A stretch of 64,000 bases of DNA, from contig QPGO01000022.1 of NCBI GenBank assembly GCA_008632985.1, forward strand, positions 558,001 through 622,000. Reading direction: 5' to 3'. Below the pieces are notes generated by a model. That model was not told the DNA's origin and did no database searches. It was given only the letters and a program-made list of their open reading frames with translations. Made by a program: the position numbers and the translations under genes. How positions within the stretch are numbered: position 1 is the first letter of the stretch; each line of letters opens with the position of its first letter. This stretch comes from Psammoneis japonica (Eukaryota). Shown here piece by piece: positions 33,579 through 45,208 of the stretch.

Positions 33579-34046
33579 TCCGTTTGATCTCTGTATATAT
33601 ACTTTTCAATCTCGACTTGGGGTTGTGAATTGTGAAAGCTAAGGCCGTCAGCGTCTAAAAATAGTCTTTGTCGCTCTCAAAAATGGAGACGTGTTGCGTT
33701 GCAAAGCACTGGCACAAGCACAAAAATGCTGCAAACAAAAATGACTTCCCCAATAACTTTGACTTCCCAGCGCAGGAAGAACTTCCGGGTTTCATGCATG
33801 CCACGTGGAACATAAGCACGCTGCCGTTGAGTCCCGGGTATTGCTGCGTTCAGGTCACGAGTGACTCACAACTCTCCGGGTGACCACCTCCGCTTCCACG
33901 TGTTCAACGTGTTCCAACAACGTGGAAACGAGTCGAAGTCCGACAACAAGTTCAACTTGCATCAACCTGCACAATTTCGACATCTCACATCTCCCACACA
34001 ACCTTCACTTTAGTCAGTTTCAAATACAACTCTTGTATACTACACG

Positions 34047-34734
34047 ATGAAGTTCTTCAGTTCTTTTGCCACTGCCTGTGTCCTCCTTTTCTCCTCCGGA
34101 GCACTCGCGCAAAATGAGGAGCAAGACGCACTTCGTGATTTGCAATTGGGTATGGCCGGATTGAAGCAAGCAGCTGCCGATCCCGCGCTGTTGGCACAAT
34201 TGATGCAGGATATGCAGAACCCCGAACTCATGGCAGAGGCCAAGAAAATGATGGACAATCCCGAATTCAAGAAGCAAGCAGAAAAACTAACTGGGGATAA
34301 AGCGTTCAAGGATTCCGTGAAGAAAACCGCTGAAATGCTCAAGGATCCATCCAAGGCTGCCCAAATGGAAGCAAAAATGGAACACATGATGAAGGTCGGA
34401 GAGAAGGAGCTCCAGAAGAACGCAGGTGCGGCCATGGAAGAAGCCATGGCAGCAATGGCCAACCCTGAAGTTATGGCAGAAATGACAAAAATGATGAAGG
34501 ATCCACAATTCCAGCAGCAACTCGCAGCTATGACCAAGGACCCCTCCTTCGCCAACTACATGGGCGCTGTAAGTGTTTTGGTGGTTCTGATCCTGCAGCG
34601 AAGCTTTGTCGTCATTCTCACTTAAGTTTTGTCCATTTTGTTGTCGCTATTTCTAGATGCAAGATATGATGAAGGACCCAGCAACCAAGAAAAAAATGGA
34701 ACAAATGAGCGAGAGCTTCCGAGCCGCGTTGTAA
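34047..34734 (+). CDS. Signal-peptide protein with STI1/DP-type repeats; intron 34569-34656
   Basis: MKFFSSFATACVLLFSSGALA, then repeated MxNPE/MKDP motifs. The spliced product ends SFRAAL*. Confidence 0.85.
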
Positions 34735-35533
34735 GCTTAGACAGGCAACGATGAGCTTTGCAGTAGCGGATTTTTTATTCTCGTCATTACCTAGAAAATT
34801 TAAGAGTTTCATTCGTCGCCTGTACCTCTTTTAGAAAGGTTCTATATCAACTTTATCTGCACTCGGATTCCGATACTTCATTATGCATTATTCTCTAAGA
34901 TTAGGGCCACGTAGAGAACAGCAGGGGCCCTCTCTCTCTAATAAGTAGAAGCATGGAGAGAATGGACTCTAGAGAGCAAGCACTACTCTCTCTACCGTAG
35001 AGTAGCTAGCTCTATCTACTCTAGCGCTACCGGTAGCTCTAAAAGTAGCTCTTTCTACAGCAGGAGAATAGCTAAGAGTAGTAGATGAAAAGCATAGAGA
35101 CAGACGCGACTACTACTAGCCCTAGGACTAGCTAGAGTAGCTACTTCGTAGCTACTGTAGAGAAGTACCGACTAGCTAGTCTACAGCACATGTACGTAAC
35201 TACCAGTTGTTCATGACGTCAGTCCTTCCCGCGATGACGCACGACTGGCTGATGAACGACTGAATGTATGACGATGATGACCAAGCTGGGGGATCAACGT
35301 CACCTCCCAAAACACCGAGGAGCATCCCATTTCCATGAGCCTGCCTCGGAGCGAGTCGACATCCGCCCCACAACTCCGTTTTTGTTAGAAAACCTTCAAC
35401 CATTCCGATCCCAAGAAGGAAAACCACAGCCGGCAGATCATCGAGGAAAGATCATTCTGTTTCTCGTCAGCTTGCGATTACATGCATCTGCCTGTTGATT
35501 CCGTTGACCGTTGCCTACTATTGCGCGAACAAT

Positions 35534-36488
35534 ATGAGTCCTCCTTCTCTTGCTGATACCGATGCCGCGGCACATAACGCTGTAACCTTGGAACTTGCCA
35601 AAAAAGAAAGCGCTGAGCATATGCACGGGATGAAAGAAGTCTATGCCGAAATGCAGAAGAGACCACTCCTGGTTCGCGCCTACGCTTTAGACAATCCCGA
35701 TGCTCCGGCGGAAGACAATCCAGGGGTTAAAACAGTTCACTTTTTACGTCATGGACAGGGCTTTCATAATCTCATGGCTGATTTGGCGCGAGCAGAAGGC
35801 CGTGAATGGGAACAGGTAAGAATTCAACTCTAGTACGCGAAATCTCTTCCATAAAGACTTGAAAACAAAGCTCGTCCTAATCGTGTGGTTTGTATTGCAT
35901 TACTTTTACGTACTGTAGTACACGAACACTCCTGAAAACCCATATATCATGCCGGAGATTTTGGATGCACCATTGACGGAAAAGGGACGACAGCAGGCTT
36001 ATATGGTTCAGCCAGTTGTGCGGGCAATGCATCACCAGCCAGAAATGATAGCGCTGTCTCCCAACTGCCGTGCCCTACAGACTGGTGTCATTGCGTTTGA
36101 ACATTTGCTGGGAAAAGTCCCGTTTGTGGCTCATGAAATGGCCAGAGAAGAGAACGGAGTGCATGTTTGTGACAAACGTCGTCCAACGTCAAGACAGGCA
36201 AAAGAGTTCCCTATGGTTGATTTTGATTTATTGGAGACGGAGGAGGATGTGATATTTCGAAACGACAGGCGGGAAACCAAAATGGAACTTGGTGAACGCA
36301 TTTATGCCTTTATGGAATGGCTTGAAGCTCGTCCAGAGAAGCATGTTGCAGTTTCATCGCACTCCGGATGGCTCCTGACGGTCTTCAATGGCATCTGCGA
36401 ATGCGACGACAGCCTGAAGGCGTGGTTTCAAACTGGAGAACTAAGGAGTGTCAAGCTTCAATTCAAAAGGCGTAGCGGCCAAACGTAG
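35534..36488 (+). CDS. Histidine phosphatase / phosphoglycerate-mutase-like protein; intron 35816-35918
   Basis: Motifs FLRHGQGFHN, DAPLTEKGRQQA, SPNCRALQT and VSSHSGWL. The GTAAG...TGTAG intron joins the two ORFs in frame. Confidence 0.88.
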
Positions 36489-36614
36489 CCATAAGAAAAT
36501 AGCTCTCAACCCATGAACTACAGTAGATATTTAGCGTGTTGGTAGCTCTCTGTTGTACTTGTAGTGCTCTTTATACCTCCGCTTGTTGTGACCCAAACGG
36601 CAAACGGACATTGA

Positions 36615-37658
36615 CTAGTGGTGACTAGTGATCGAATAGGACAGGGCGCCGAGGAGTGCTAGTGCGATACCCATTAGGTTCGTACCGGTGAAAGGATGAC
36701 CACCAAACATATAGTGGCCTGATACGATAATACCCAGCCTCCTGATCGCATCGCATGCACCGTAGGTAATCGGAGCAACGAGTCCAACGAACATGAACGA
36801 CAAAACGTATTCTACATGGTAGGCAACCACAGCCATGTATGACAACCACAGAGGCGGATCCCTATATTTTGGGTCCATTGACTTTGATCCGCTGTATTTC
36901 TCTCGAACCGAATGACTCACGGCCATCATACTTGTAATGACAAAACCAACAAAGACCATCGCACGTTGCGCTTCCGGTCCAGCAATTCCTGTTTTGCTCA
37001 TTATACGTTTGCTGCTTACATTTAAAGCGCTTTGGGCTGCCATTGAGGCGATTGAAGCAAGAAATCCGACCTTTTCAAAGTGCGGGTGATCCCAGGACGC
37101 AGCCGCAATCCCTAGTGCAATTGGTATCAACGAAAGCAGAACTGGGATCTTTGGTAACGCCTTTTGACCATCGAGCAACAAAGTTAAAAGAACTGTCACT
37201 AGCGGAATGCCACATTTGGTTGTATAAGTCAAGGAAATTCCAATTCGGTCAAGACTGACCGAATTGGAGTAGTTGGCAAGAAAAAGAAATGAAGCCGGGA
37301 TTATAAAATCTGGAACGGCGGCAATCGTGTCACTGAGTCTTCCGATTACGTCAAAGTCTTTATGAGCTAGCAAACCCAACAAAAGAGATCCCCTGAATCG
37401 CCTCAGCGTCAGAAGGTTAGGGCGGGACAAGGAAGTAGCGACTGAAACCTCTTGTGTGGATTCAGAGCCAGGTAGCGGTGGTTGCCATTTCAGGAACTTT
37501 GTAGTGGAGTATGTTGTGAGGAGCGCAGACGATGCAATCCAAAGCCCGCCAACAACGTTCACATTATTCGCAACAGAAGTCAGTACTCCCGGTGCTGCAC
37601 CCACAATCTCAGGAGCAGCGGATGACATCGTTTGGAAGGCCGGTGCAGTAGGTGTCAT
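36615..37658 (-). CDS. Triose-phosphate/phosphate-translocator family (DMT superfamily) transporter
   Basis: 8-10 TM segments. Motifs SLTYTTKCGIP and VAPITYGACDAIRR. Confidence 0.75.
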   Translation of the reverse strand: MTPTAPAFQTMSSAAPEIVGAAPGVLTSVANNVNVVGGLWIASSALLTTYSTTKFLKWQPPLPGSESTQEVSVATSLSRPNLLTLRRFRGSLLLGLLAHKDFDVIGRLSDTIAAVPDFIIPASFLFLANYSNSVSLDRIGISLTYTTKCGIPLVTVLLTLLLDGQKALPKIPVLLSLIPIALGIAAASWDHPHFEKVGFLASIASMAAQSALNVSSKRIMSKTGIAGPEAQRAMVFVGFVITSMMAVSHSVREKYSGSKSMDPKYRDPPLWLSYMAVVAYHVEYVLSFMFVGLVAPITYGACDAIRRLGIIVSGHYMFGGHPFTGTNLMGIALALLGALSYSITSHH

Positions 37659-38038
37659 TGATCATGTCACGGCGCGGCGACCGGCGACCAACCAAAGATT
37701 TCGACTGACGATTGAGAATTTGAGAGGCATGACACAACATCACACACGCGCGCGACGCGATGTTGATGTTCGAGTTCTCTTTGTTTGATGTCATGACCAG
37801 ACCTAAGCTCATTACCCATTAGGTCTGTTCCAGAAAATCAATTCGAATGAAGGGAAACAACTGCGTACTACAAGAGCACAATCAGAAAAGGTAGAACAAG
37901 TAGCTACAACGTAGGGTGTTTAATTGCAGCGCGGAAATAACTGGACTGGAAACGAAAGGCAGCGACAAACTTGTGGGAAATCAACGAGTTGTCAACTCTC
38001 GGAACCCCCAAGCTCTCAGCCATCTACTGGATATCACG

Positions 38039-41000
38039 TCACTTTTTGCCACGGCGACGAATTCTAGAAATGGCACCACTCCCGGGCTTCCCTGAATCCC
38101 GTTTTGGACTCTTACTCACAGCGCTACCCGTCGAAGATGTAGTCCGGTGGCTTTCACTCCGCACCATGGTTTGTTGAAGGTTATCGAGAGTCTCTGTTGA
38201 ATCAGCTTCCACTTTTGCATACTCTGGCTCAGGTGGCCAGTCATAGAACCGTTGATACATCAAAGGAGAGTATGGCACAACAATGTGGTGAACCTTTGTT
38301 GGGTCGATCTGTCGGTATGCTGCTTGGCTGTTGCCCGACACGTTACTCTGGAAAAACGGCTCTTCTTCTGGCTCCTTCTCACAAGCACTTTTCTTAACCC
38401 GTTCGGGCTTTGGCCTGTTTACAAAGCGACGGATCCGATTACCAAGGGCTAACCTAATAACGAGGTTCTGGATATCGGACGAAGTGATTGGTTAGAGCTG
38501 GGTGTCAACGCTTACAACGAAGGGCTTACGGAAGGTTCGTACACACTCGAACTTACCTGCGGTCCAACGAGGACCAACCCAACAACGAAGAGAACCGGTC
38601 GCCAAGGGAATAGATGCAGAACGACAGCCACTAAAGGAACGAAAATGCTTATCCAAAATGAAAGGATTGGATCTTTCCAAGTAAAGATGTTGTACAAAGC
38701 GCGAATACCTTGAAGAAAAATCAAGGCTATGCCAACAATCGGTTCAAGGAACAAACCAACTTTCGCCACAGCTTTGTTTGAATGCGAAAATTGTCCGCAC
38801 TGCAGGCTTCTATCAAGCTGTGTCTTGGCATCCTCCTTCACCTGCCGCTTTTTGACCTTTCGACGTGAAATAGTCCTGGAAAATCTAGCGTTTGGGTACT
38901 TTATGTCGTAGACTTTGTCGTTAAACCAATGAAGTAGAATTGCATTCAGCCGTCCCTTAACCTTTTGCAACTCATCTGTTAGCTTCTTTTCCGATTTTCG
39001 CACGATGTCCATGTTCTGTGGGGGTGGCGGCCTTTGTGATGGCGGCACAGCCGTCTCCAACACGTCTACGTCGTTCTCTGAATAGGCAAAATTCTCGGAA
39101 GACGATTTATTCAGTCCACTAAATTGGTTGTGGGGAACACTGAATTCGTCAAGGACCGAAGAACCGTCTCCAAGTTGTTCGATCGCGTCAATCTCCCCAT
39201 CATCATCATCTTCGTCACTCTCCAACAAATCTACTTGAAGGGCACTCATCCTCCGCATCTTCTTTTCCGAAGATAAACGGGAAACCAGTGATTCCTTAAC
39301 AGTAGATTTTGGATAATCATCGACAAAGTCTGAAAAAGGGAACTCAAGATGACCATGGTTTACCACACCGGAGACGTAGCTGTCGTCGTATAGTCCAAGC
39401 ATTCTCAACAACTCTTTGCCTTTGGGTTGATTAGTTGTGAACACGTATTTCTCTAACGACACATCAAGAAATCTGTAGAACAGCTTCTCATCTTTGAAAG
39501 AATGCTCTTTCTTAACGTGCTCGAAAAGCTTGTATGACTTAACAAGCGCACGTCCAATTCGAACTGCATCCTTCCTTGACTTGGCAATGTTTGAGTTCAC
39601 GAGAAAATCAACTCCGTCTGTACCGGTGAACACATTCTTGTAGGACCTCAATCGATGTTTGTAGGTTCGAACAGGAACACCCGTCCTCATTCGCTCGGCG
39701 ATCTCCCGAAGAGTCAAGCTAGTTTCAGTTTGTGAGGTAGGATCATCCTGTGAGCCCATTGAACGAGCTGAACCTTCTGGAGATATCAACGTGCTGGAAC
39801 TGCCATCGAACACCGGGTTGTAAACCTGCATACCGATTGGTGCAATACATGGCGGCTTTTGATCAGGACCACCAAACATTACCGCGTGCATCATTTGTTC
39901 CCATGTCGGCGGTTGGAATCCCCTCTGCCCCGGGCCGTCCATGCCGTATCTTGCATAATTTTTCCAAAGGTAAAGGAGCAGGAAAGTCAAAAAGTGTCCA
40001 GGGAGATATGCGACGGAGTTTTGATAAACGCAGTGCATCCATGCAGCAAAGACAAACAAAGAAATGATCGGATTCTCCCAAACAACAATTTTCTTGGATT
40101 CTGGCCTCAAAATCATCCGGATTATCATGATTCGGGTAAAATTGATCTCTCGCATTGTCGCCTTTAGTTGCTTGAAAGAAAAGTGTCCTTGCATGTGTTT
40201 TCCATGGACGGTCTTTGCAACATTCTGAAAGGCCGTTTCATCATAGCAGCGAACTGTCGTACTTCGATTGGGCTGGATCTTGGGTACCTTTTTAGGCAGA
40301 TATGATAACATGGCAGATCTTTCACTTTTCCAGTCGAGACGGAATCTCAACCGTACCGAGCCTCTCTGTCGACGTGCGTAAACGTGAGCTGATTCTCGAA
40401 GTGGCAGCGTCACATCATAAGTCGAGCTATGTCGAAGCCTGGCGATGTCCACAACTACCCTACCAGCAAAATCGTCCCTCTCCTTCTCTCCGTCGTTGTC
40501 GAAGACACCGACGTAGAGCCGAGCATAAGCGTGAAAAAGCGGAAAGATACAGGCACGGCGCATTTTGCAAAGCCACATTGGGTTTGCCACATCGGGAATC
40601 GTGTCTGTTGAAAATGCGTGCGCACCGCAGACAATGTAAACGACAGGATCAGTTTCTCCGACCACATCTAACTTTGGGAGCCCGAGGCACTGTAACACCT
40701 CAACTCGGAGCGTCCCAATTTCTTCACCCATCCTCGAAGGTACTCTGAGGTCGTGGAAATGAGAGGAAGGCTTCTTCATTTCCAGTCGCAGTTCATCTCG
40801 ATTGAACCGCACATTCGGGTAAGCGTAGCTTGGCTGCACAGTAAACTCTACGTCATCACCTTTCACCTTGCGCGCAATATCTTCAGCTTCAGTGAGAGCG
40901 GTTGCCATACTGGCCCTGCCCTGTCCCTTCAAGTTCATCTTTTCCCGAGCCATTTTCGATGCTAGAGCACTGCGTTCTCTCCCTGAAATCCGATTTCTCG

Positions 41001-41655
41001 AGAAGCGACCGGGACTCTCTTTGGTTGCGGAAGCTCCTGGATTCGACGACATGAGCCTACCCAATTTGACGAATGCTTCAACCCATAGGGACTTTTCGAC
41101 CGAGCCTCGCGGACAACGGAAGACAAAGCTCACTCTGGAATCAGAGCCAGCCTTTGAAAGGTACTTATCGAGTCCAACAGAGCTATTGAGTACGGAAGCA
41201 ACAGACTCTTCGTCGTCATCATCGTCCCCCATCTCCTTTACACCAACATTATGTGCGTCCACATCAACGATAAACGACGGAGAATTCTCAACATCACGAG
41301 CAGTCCAATCAACAGTCGCGGGAAAATGTATAGTAAGGGTCTTCGAATCGAGCGAGTACCCACTGTTGTCAATACCTGAACTATCGTGAAAGCTGCTAAG
41401 AGCCTTTTTGTCCTTGCCTATGGCGTGATGACACGAAAAGCTCCCGTCAGAAATGTTTAGTATAACATATCGCCGTTTCCAGCCACCCATACCACGTTGC
41501 TTCTTTTGGTAGAGGGAACCCTCCAAGGATTCTCGCGAAGACTCAGATCTCTGCGGTCTCCGAAACGAGTCGTTGTGGTCAAGGCTGTAATCTTCTTCAT
41601 GTTCTTCCGAGACTGACGGAATTTGTGACTTGCTGGAAGAAGGTCGAGCTAGCAT
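38039..41655 (-). CDS. PH-like/C2/DEP-domain membrane protein, copy 1; intron 38468-38556
   Basis: PH-like LEGSLYQKK..WKRRYVIL, C2 GTLRVEVLQCLGLPKLD, DEP FTGTDGVDFL..FKDEKLFYRF, and an MCTP-like TM end (FTWKDPILSFW..VGPQ|N). Confidence 0.85.
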
Positions 41656-41876
41656 GTTGCTTTTTCTTTTCAACGGGGACTAATGCCTTGCAGATAGGAA
41701 ATAAAGGTGAGGGCGGAAGCGACGGGTTGATGCAACGGGAAAAGTGTATACCAGTGCTGAGAACTACTTTGGAATTGTATCTTTTTTGGTACCGGTATCT
41801 CGATCCTCTCGTGTTGGTGTTGACCTCGTCCCACGTTGTTGCTTTCAAGCAGTAGCAAAGTCGTCTCCATGGTGCT

Positions 41877-43090
41877 TCAACGATCTCCAAAACGAGCAAG
41901 CGCTCGGCCATGCTCGTCTTTATTGCTGATAAAAAGTTCAATGTACCTCGATCCCATTGAGCTCTTATGCAGTCCCATCGCACGTTTCGATTCATCGGGA
42001 TCCATAAAAGCAACGTACCCTTCCCCAGTTGCTCTTCCATCACTTCGGTATGTGAGGACAATGGATTCCTCAATAATATTGTAGTCCTTGAAGAAGTCCT
42101 CAATATCTTTCTTCGTTGAACTAAATGGTAGGCCTCTCATTCGAAGATAGCCAGTGTGCTCCCCGACCTGGATACCACCCCCAGTTCTACGGGTCCCGAC
42201 CCCGCCGCCACCGCGGCCGCTCCTAATTGTTTGCTGTGGCACAGCCCCTTTGCCTCGAGTACCAGTGTTCCCCATACCGGTATTGCTAGTGCTGGCACCT
42301 GTGTACCCCTCCGTTTCTCCCACCATCTGGGTGGCGCTTGGAAGCCCTGCCCATGACTGTGGGACCACTTCTGAGGGTGCTAGTAGCGATTCTCCCATAC
42401 CGGCCTCTCCAGCTTGTTGCTGTTCTTGCGAGTGTTGATGCCAATGTTGCTGAAAGAAACGCAGAACATCGGAAATTGAAAGAAAAGCGTCAGCCACGAA
42501 TAATAGAGTGAGTCGTACTCACGAGTGGAGCGTGGAACACTCACCGCTGCAATCGCCGCATAGTAGTCAGAACGTTTCCCCTGTAGATAGCACTTCGATA
42601 AAGCGACGACCAATGCTTTGGCGGTCCCTGTGCATGAAAGAAGCGCGCAGAAGCAAGGTGTTTGAGACCGGCAGGCGTTTCCACGTCCAAAGATGCGACG
42701 TGACGTTCCTAAACGTACCGTTGCAGCGCCATCTGAAAATCCATTGGATTTGCAAAGACAAGAAAAGCCTCACCACCAACATGAAGAACAACATCAATAA
42801 CAACGAGGCCTTGGAAAAATACAAGTACGTCCTCGAGAGTTACTTCAAACGGCAGACCACGCAGCCTCGCACAAGGGAATGGCCCAAGAACGGACTCCAG
42901 CGGATCCGTCGACGACCCGAGCCCCGGAAGACCAGGCGGCAATGGAATTCCGTCCATCATCGCGCCGTGGAGGTGGAGATACCTGCGGTATAAACACAAA
43001 CACAACGCAGACTATCGAAAGTCACGGTAGACTTCCAGCACGCAGACTTGATGTGTCCTCGCCTGCCGTGCTACCTGCCGCCCGGCCCAT
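41877..43090 (-). pseudogene. hnRNP F/H-ESRP-type two-qRRM RNA-binding protein with a 4-bp frameshift
   Basis: Motifs ARLRGLPF, LRMRGLPF and MGSRYIELF. Introns at about 42634-42718 and 42450-42544. An extra 4 bp at 42587-42590 breaks IEVL-QGKRSDYY. The 5' end is uncertain. Confidence 0.65.
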
Positions 43091-43212
43091 TGACAAGCTT
43101 GCCAAAGGGAGCTTGCGTTGATATGACTTCAGTAGATTCGAGATTTGCATTGCGATAATAACAACTACCTGAAGCCTCACAGTACAGTAAAATGATAAGG
43201 CGGTCGGTCGCT

Positions 43213-44012
43213 GTTGCTTGATGTTCTGGATTAAAGCCATGCATTTTCCTCGCGTAAAGTGGATTCGTATCAGGTTCTTTCACCTTTTCTTCGTCGACAG
43301 GATCCTGTTTTTCTTGTTGAGCGACGACTTCTGTCATGGTGTCCGCATTTGCCACTTGAGAGTCCGGGACTGAGGAGGAAGCATCGTTAGTTGCATTTAC
43401 TTCTGGTGTTGGAATTGCTCCCTTAGCGACACACAGTATGTCTGGAGCTTGTTGGTTTTTCAGAAACGACCTCACTGAAGCAAAAATATCTTCTTCCTCG
43501 TTACCAGAATAATCTTGGGCCTGCGAGTCGTCGTATTGGTTGTGACTCTGACGCGGTATGGGCTGCGCACGTTGCCGTTTTCTAGCCCGTCGCGGTTGCA
43601 ATGAAGAAGCAGGCAGGTGCTGCTGGGATGCTTGAAAGTTACTGTGGTTGACGTCTTGACTGAGGTTCAATGACAACTTTTGTTCGTAGACACTCGTTTC
43701 GTTGTTTGTTGAACCGAGTTCCTCCGGATAAACTTGAAAGTTACTGTGGTTGACGTCTTGACTGAGGTTCAATGACAACTTTTGTTCGTAGACACTCGTT
43801 TCGTTGTTTGTTGAACCGAGTTCCTCCGGATAAACTTGAAAGTTACAGTGGTTGACGTCTTGACTGAGGTTCAATGACAACTTACGTTCGTAGACATTCG
43901 TTTCGATCTTTGTCGCATCGAGTTCCTCCGGATAAACAACTTCTTACGCTTCTTCATCAGCCCCATACACGTAGTTGCGAGGATCAAAGTCATCATAGGG
44001 ATCGTCCATCAT
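43213..44012 (-). pseudogene. Truncated duplicate of the gene at 7650-9880
   Basis: Near-identical to about 9185-9880. Codon 23 is GAA->TAA (43944-43946), there is one extra 102-bp repeat unit, and the 3' part is absent. Confidence 0.85.
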
Positions 44013-44148
44013 CTTGCTTGTAGCAATGACAACCGAGATAACACTCTACAGGTGCCATTTCAGGTCAGACGGCCGGTCAGTGATGATGTGCGTCAGGGCG
44101 GGTACATACGGTACAGTAGCGAATAGGGGACTAGCAAGCGCGCCGGTC

Positions 44149-44672
44149 GGGTTCGAACAAATTGACCAGGAGTTAATGTAGGGGGTCGATTTGTCCACTA
44201 TCGATTTTAAGAACACATAAACATGGGGTGGACAAATCTACCAGGAGTTTATGGTGGGGGTCGATTTGTCCACTATCGATTTTAAGAACAAATAGACATG
44301 GGGTGGACAAATCTACCAGGAGTTTTGGTGGGGGTCGATTTGTCCACTATCGATTTTAAGAACACATAAACATAGGGTGGACAAATCTACCAGGAGTTTA
44401 TGGTGGGGGTCGATTTGTCCACTATCGATTTTAAGAACACATAAACAGGGGGTGGACAAATTGACCAGGAGTATATGTATGGGGTCGATTTGTCCACTAT
44501 CGATTTTAAGAACACATAAACATGGGGTGGACAAATCTACCAGGAGTTTATGGTGGGGGTCGATTTGTCCACTATCGATTTTAAGAACACATAAACATGG
44601 GGTCGAGTTGTCCACTGTGGAATTTTCTTAAGTACGAATACACACAAATTCCTGGTCGATTTGTCCGAACCC
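44149..44672. mobile_element. MITE/foldback-like element: ~23-bp TIRs enclosing 6 x 75-bp palindromic units (copy 2)
   Basis: Left end GGGTTCGAACAAATTGACCAGGA, right end TCCTGGTCGATTTGTCCGAACCC. Same unit as 10014-10548. No clear TSD. Confidence 0.8.
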
Positions 44673-45208
44673 GGCCAGCCACGCACGTACATAACATTTC
44701 GCGCGTTCCATCCATCCAAGCCAACAGCAATCTTTCGTGCGCTGCTCGAGCGTACCCGGTACCGGTACAGCAGTTTGCGCTCTCACCATGACGGATGACA
44801 TCGTTTGGAAGGCCGGTGTAGTGGGTGTCATGTCACGGCGACCGGCGACCAAAAGATTTCGACTGACGATTTGCATCAATCATCACATCCGAGTGTCATC
44901 ACATACCGTACCACGCGATGTTGGATCTTGATGTTCGAGTTCTCTTTGTGATGTCATGGCCAGACCTAAGCTCATTACCCATTAGGTCTGTTCCAGAAAA
45001 TCAATTCGAATGAAGGATGAAGGGAAACAACTGCATACTACAAGAGCACAAGCAGCAAAGGTAGAACAAGTAGCTACAACGTAGGGTGTTTAATTGCAGC
45101 GCGGAAATAACTGGACTGGAAACGAAAGGCAGCGACAAACTTGTGGGAAATCAACGAGTTGTCAACTCTCGGAACCCCCAAGCTCTCAGCCATCTACTGG
45201 GTGTCACG

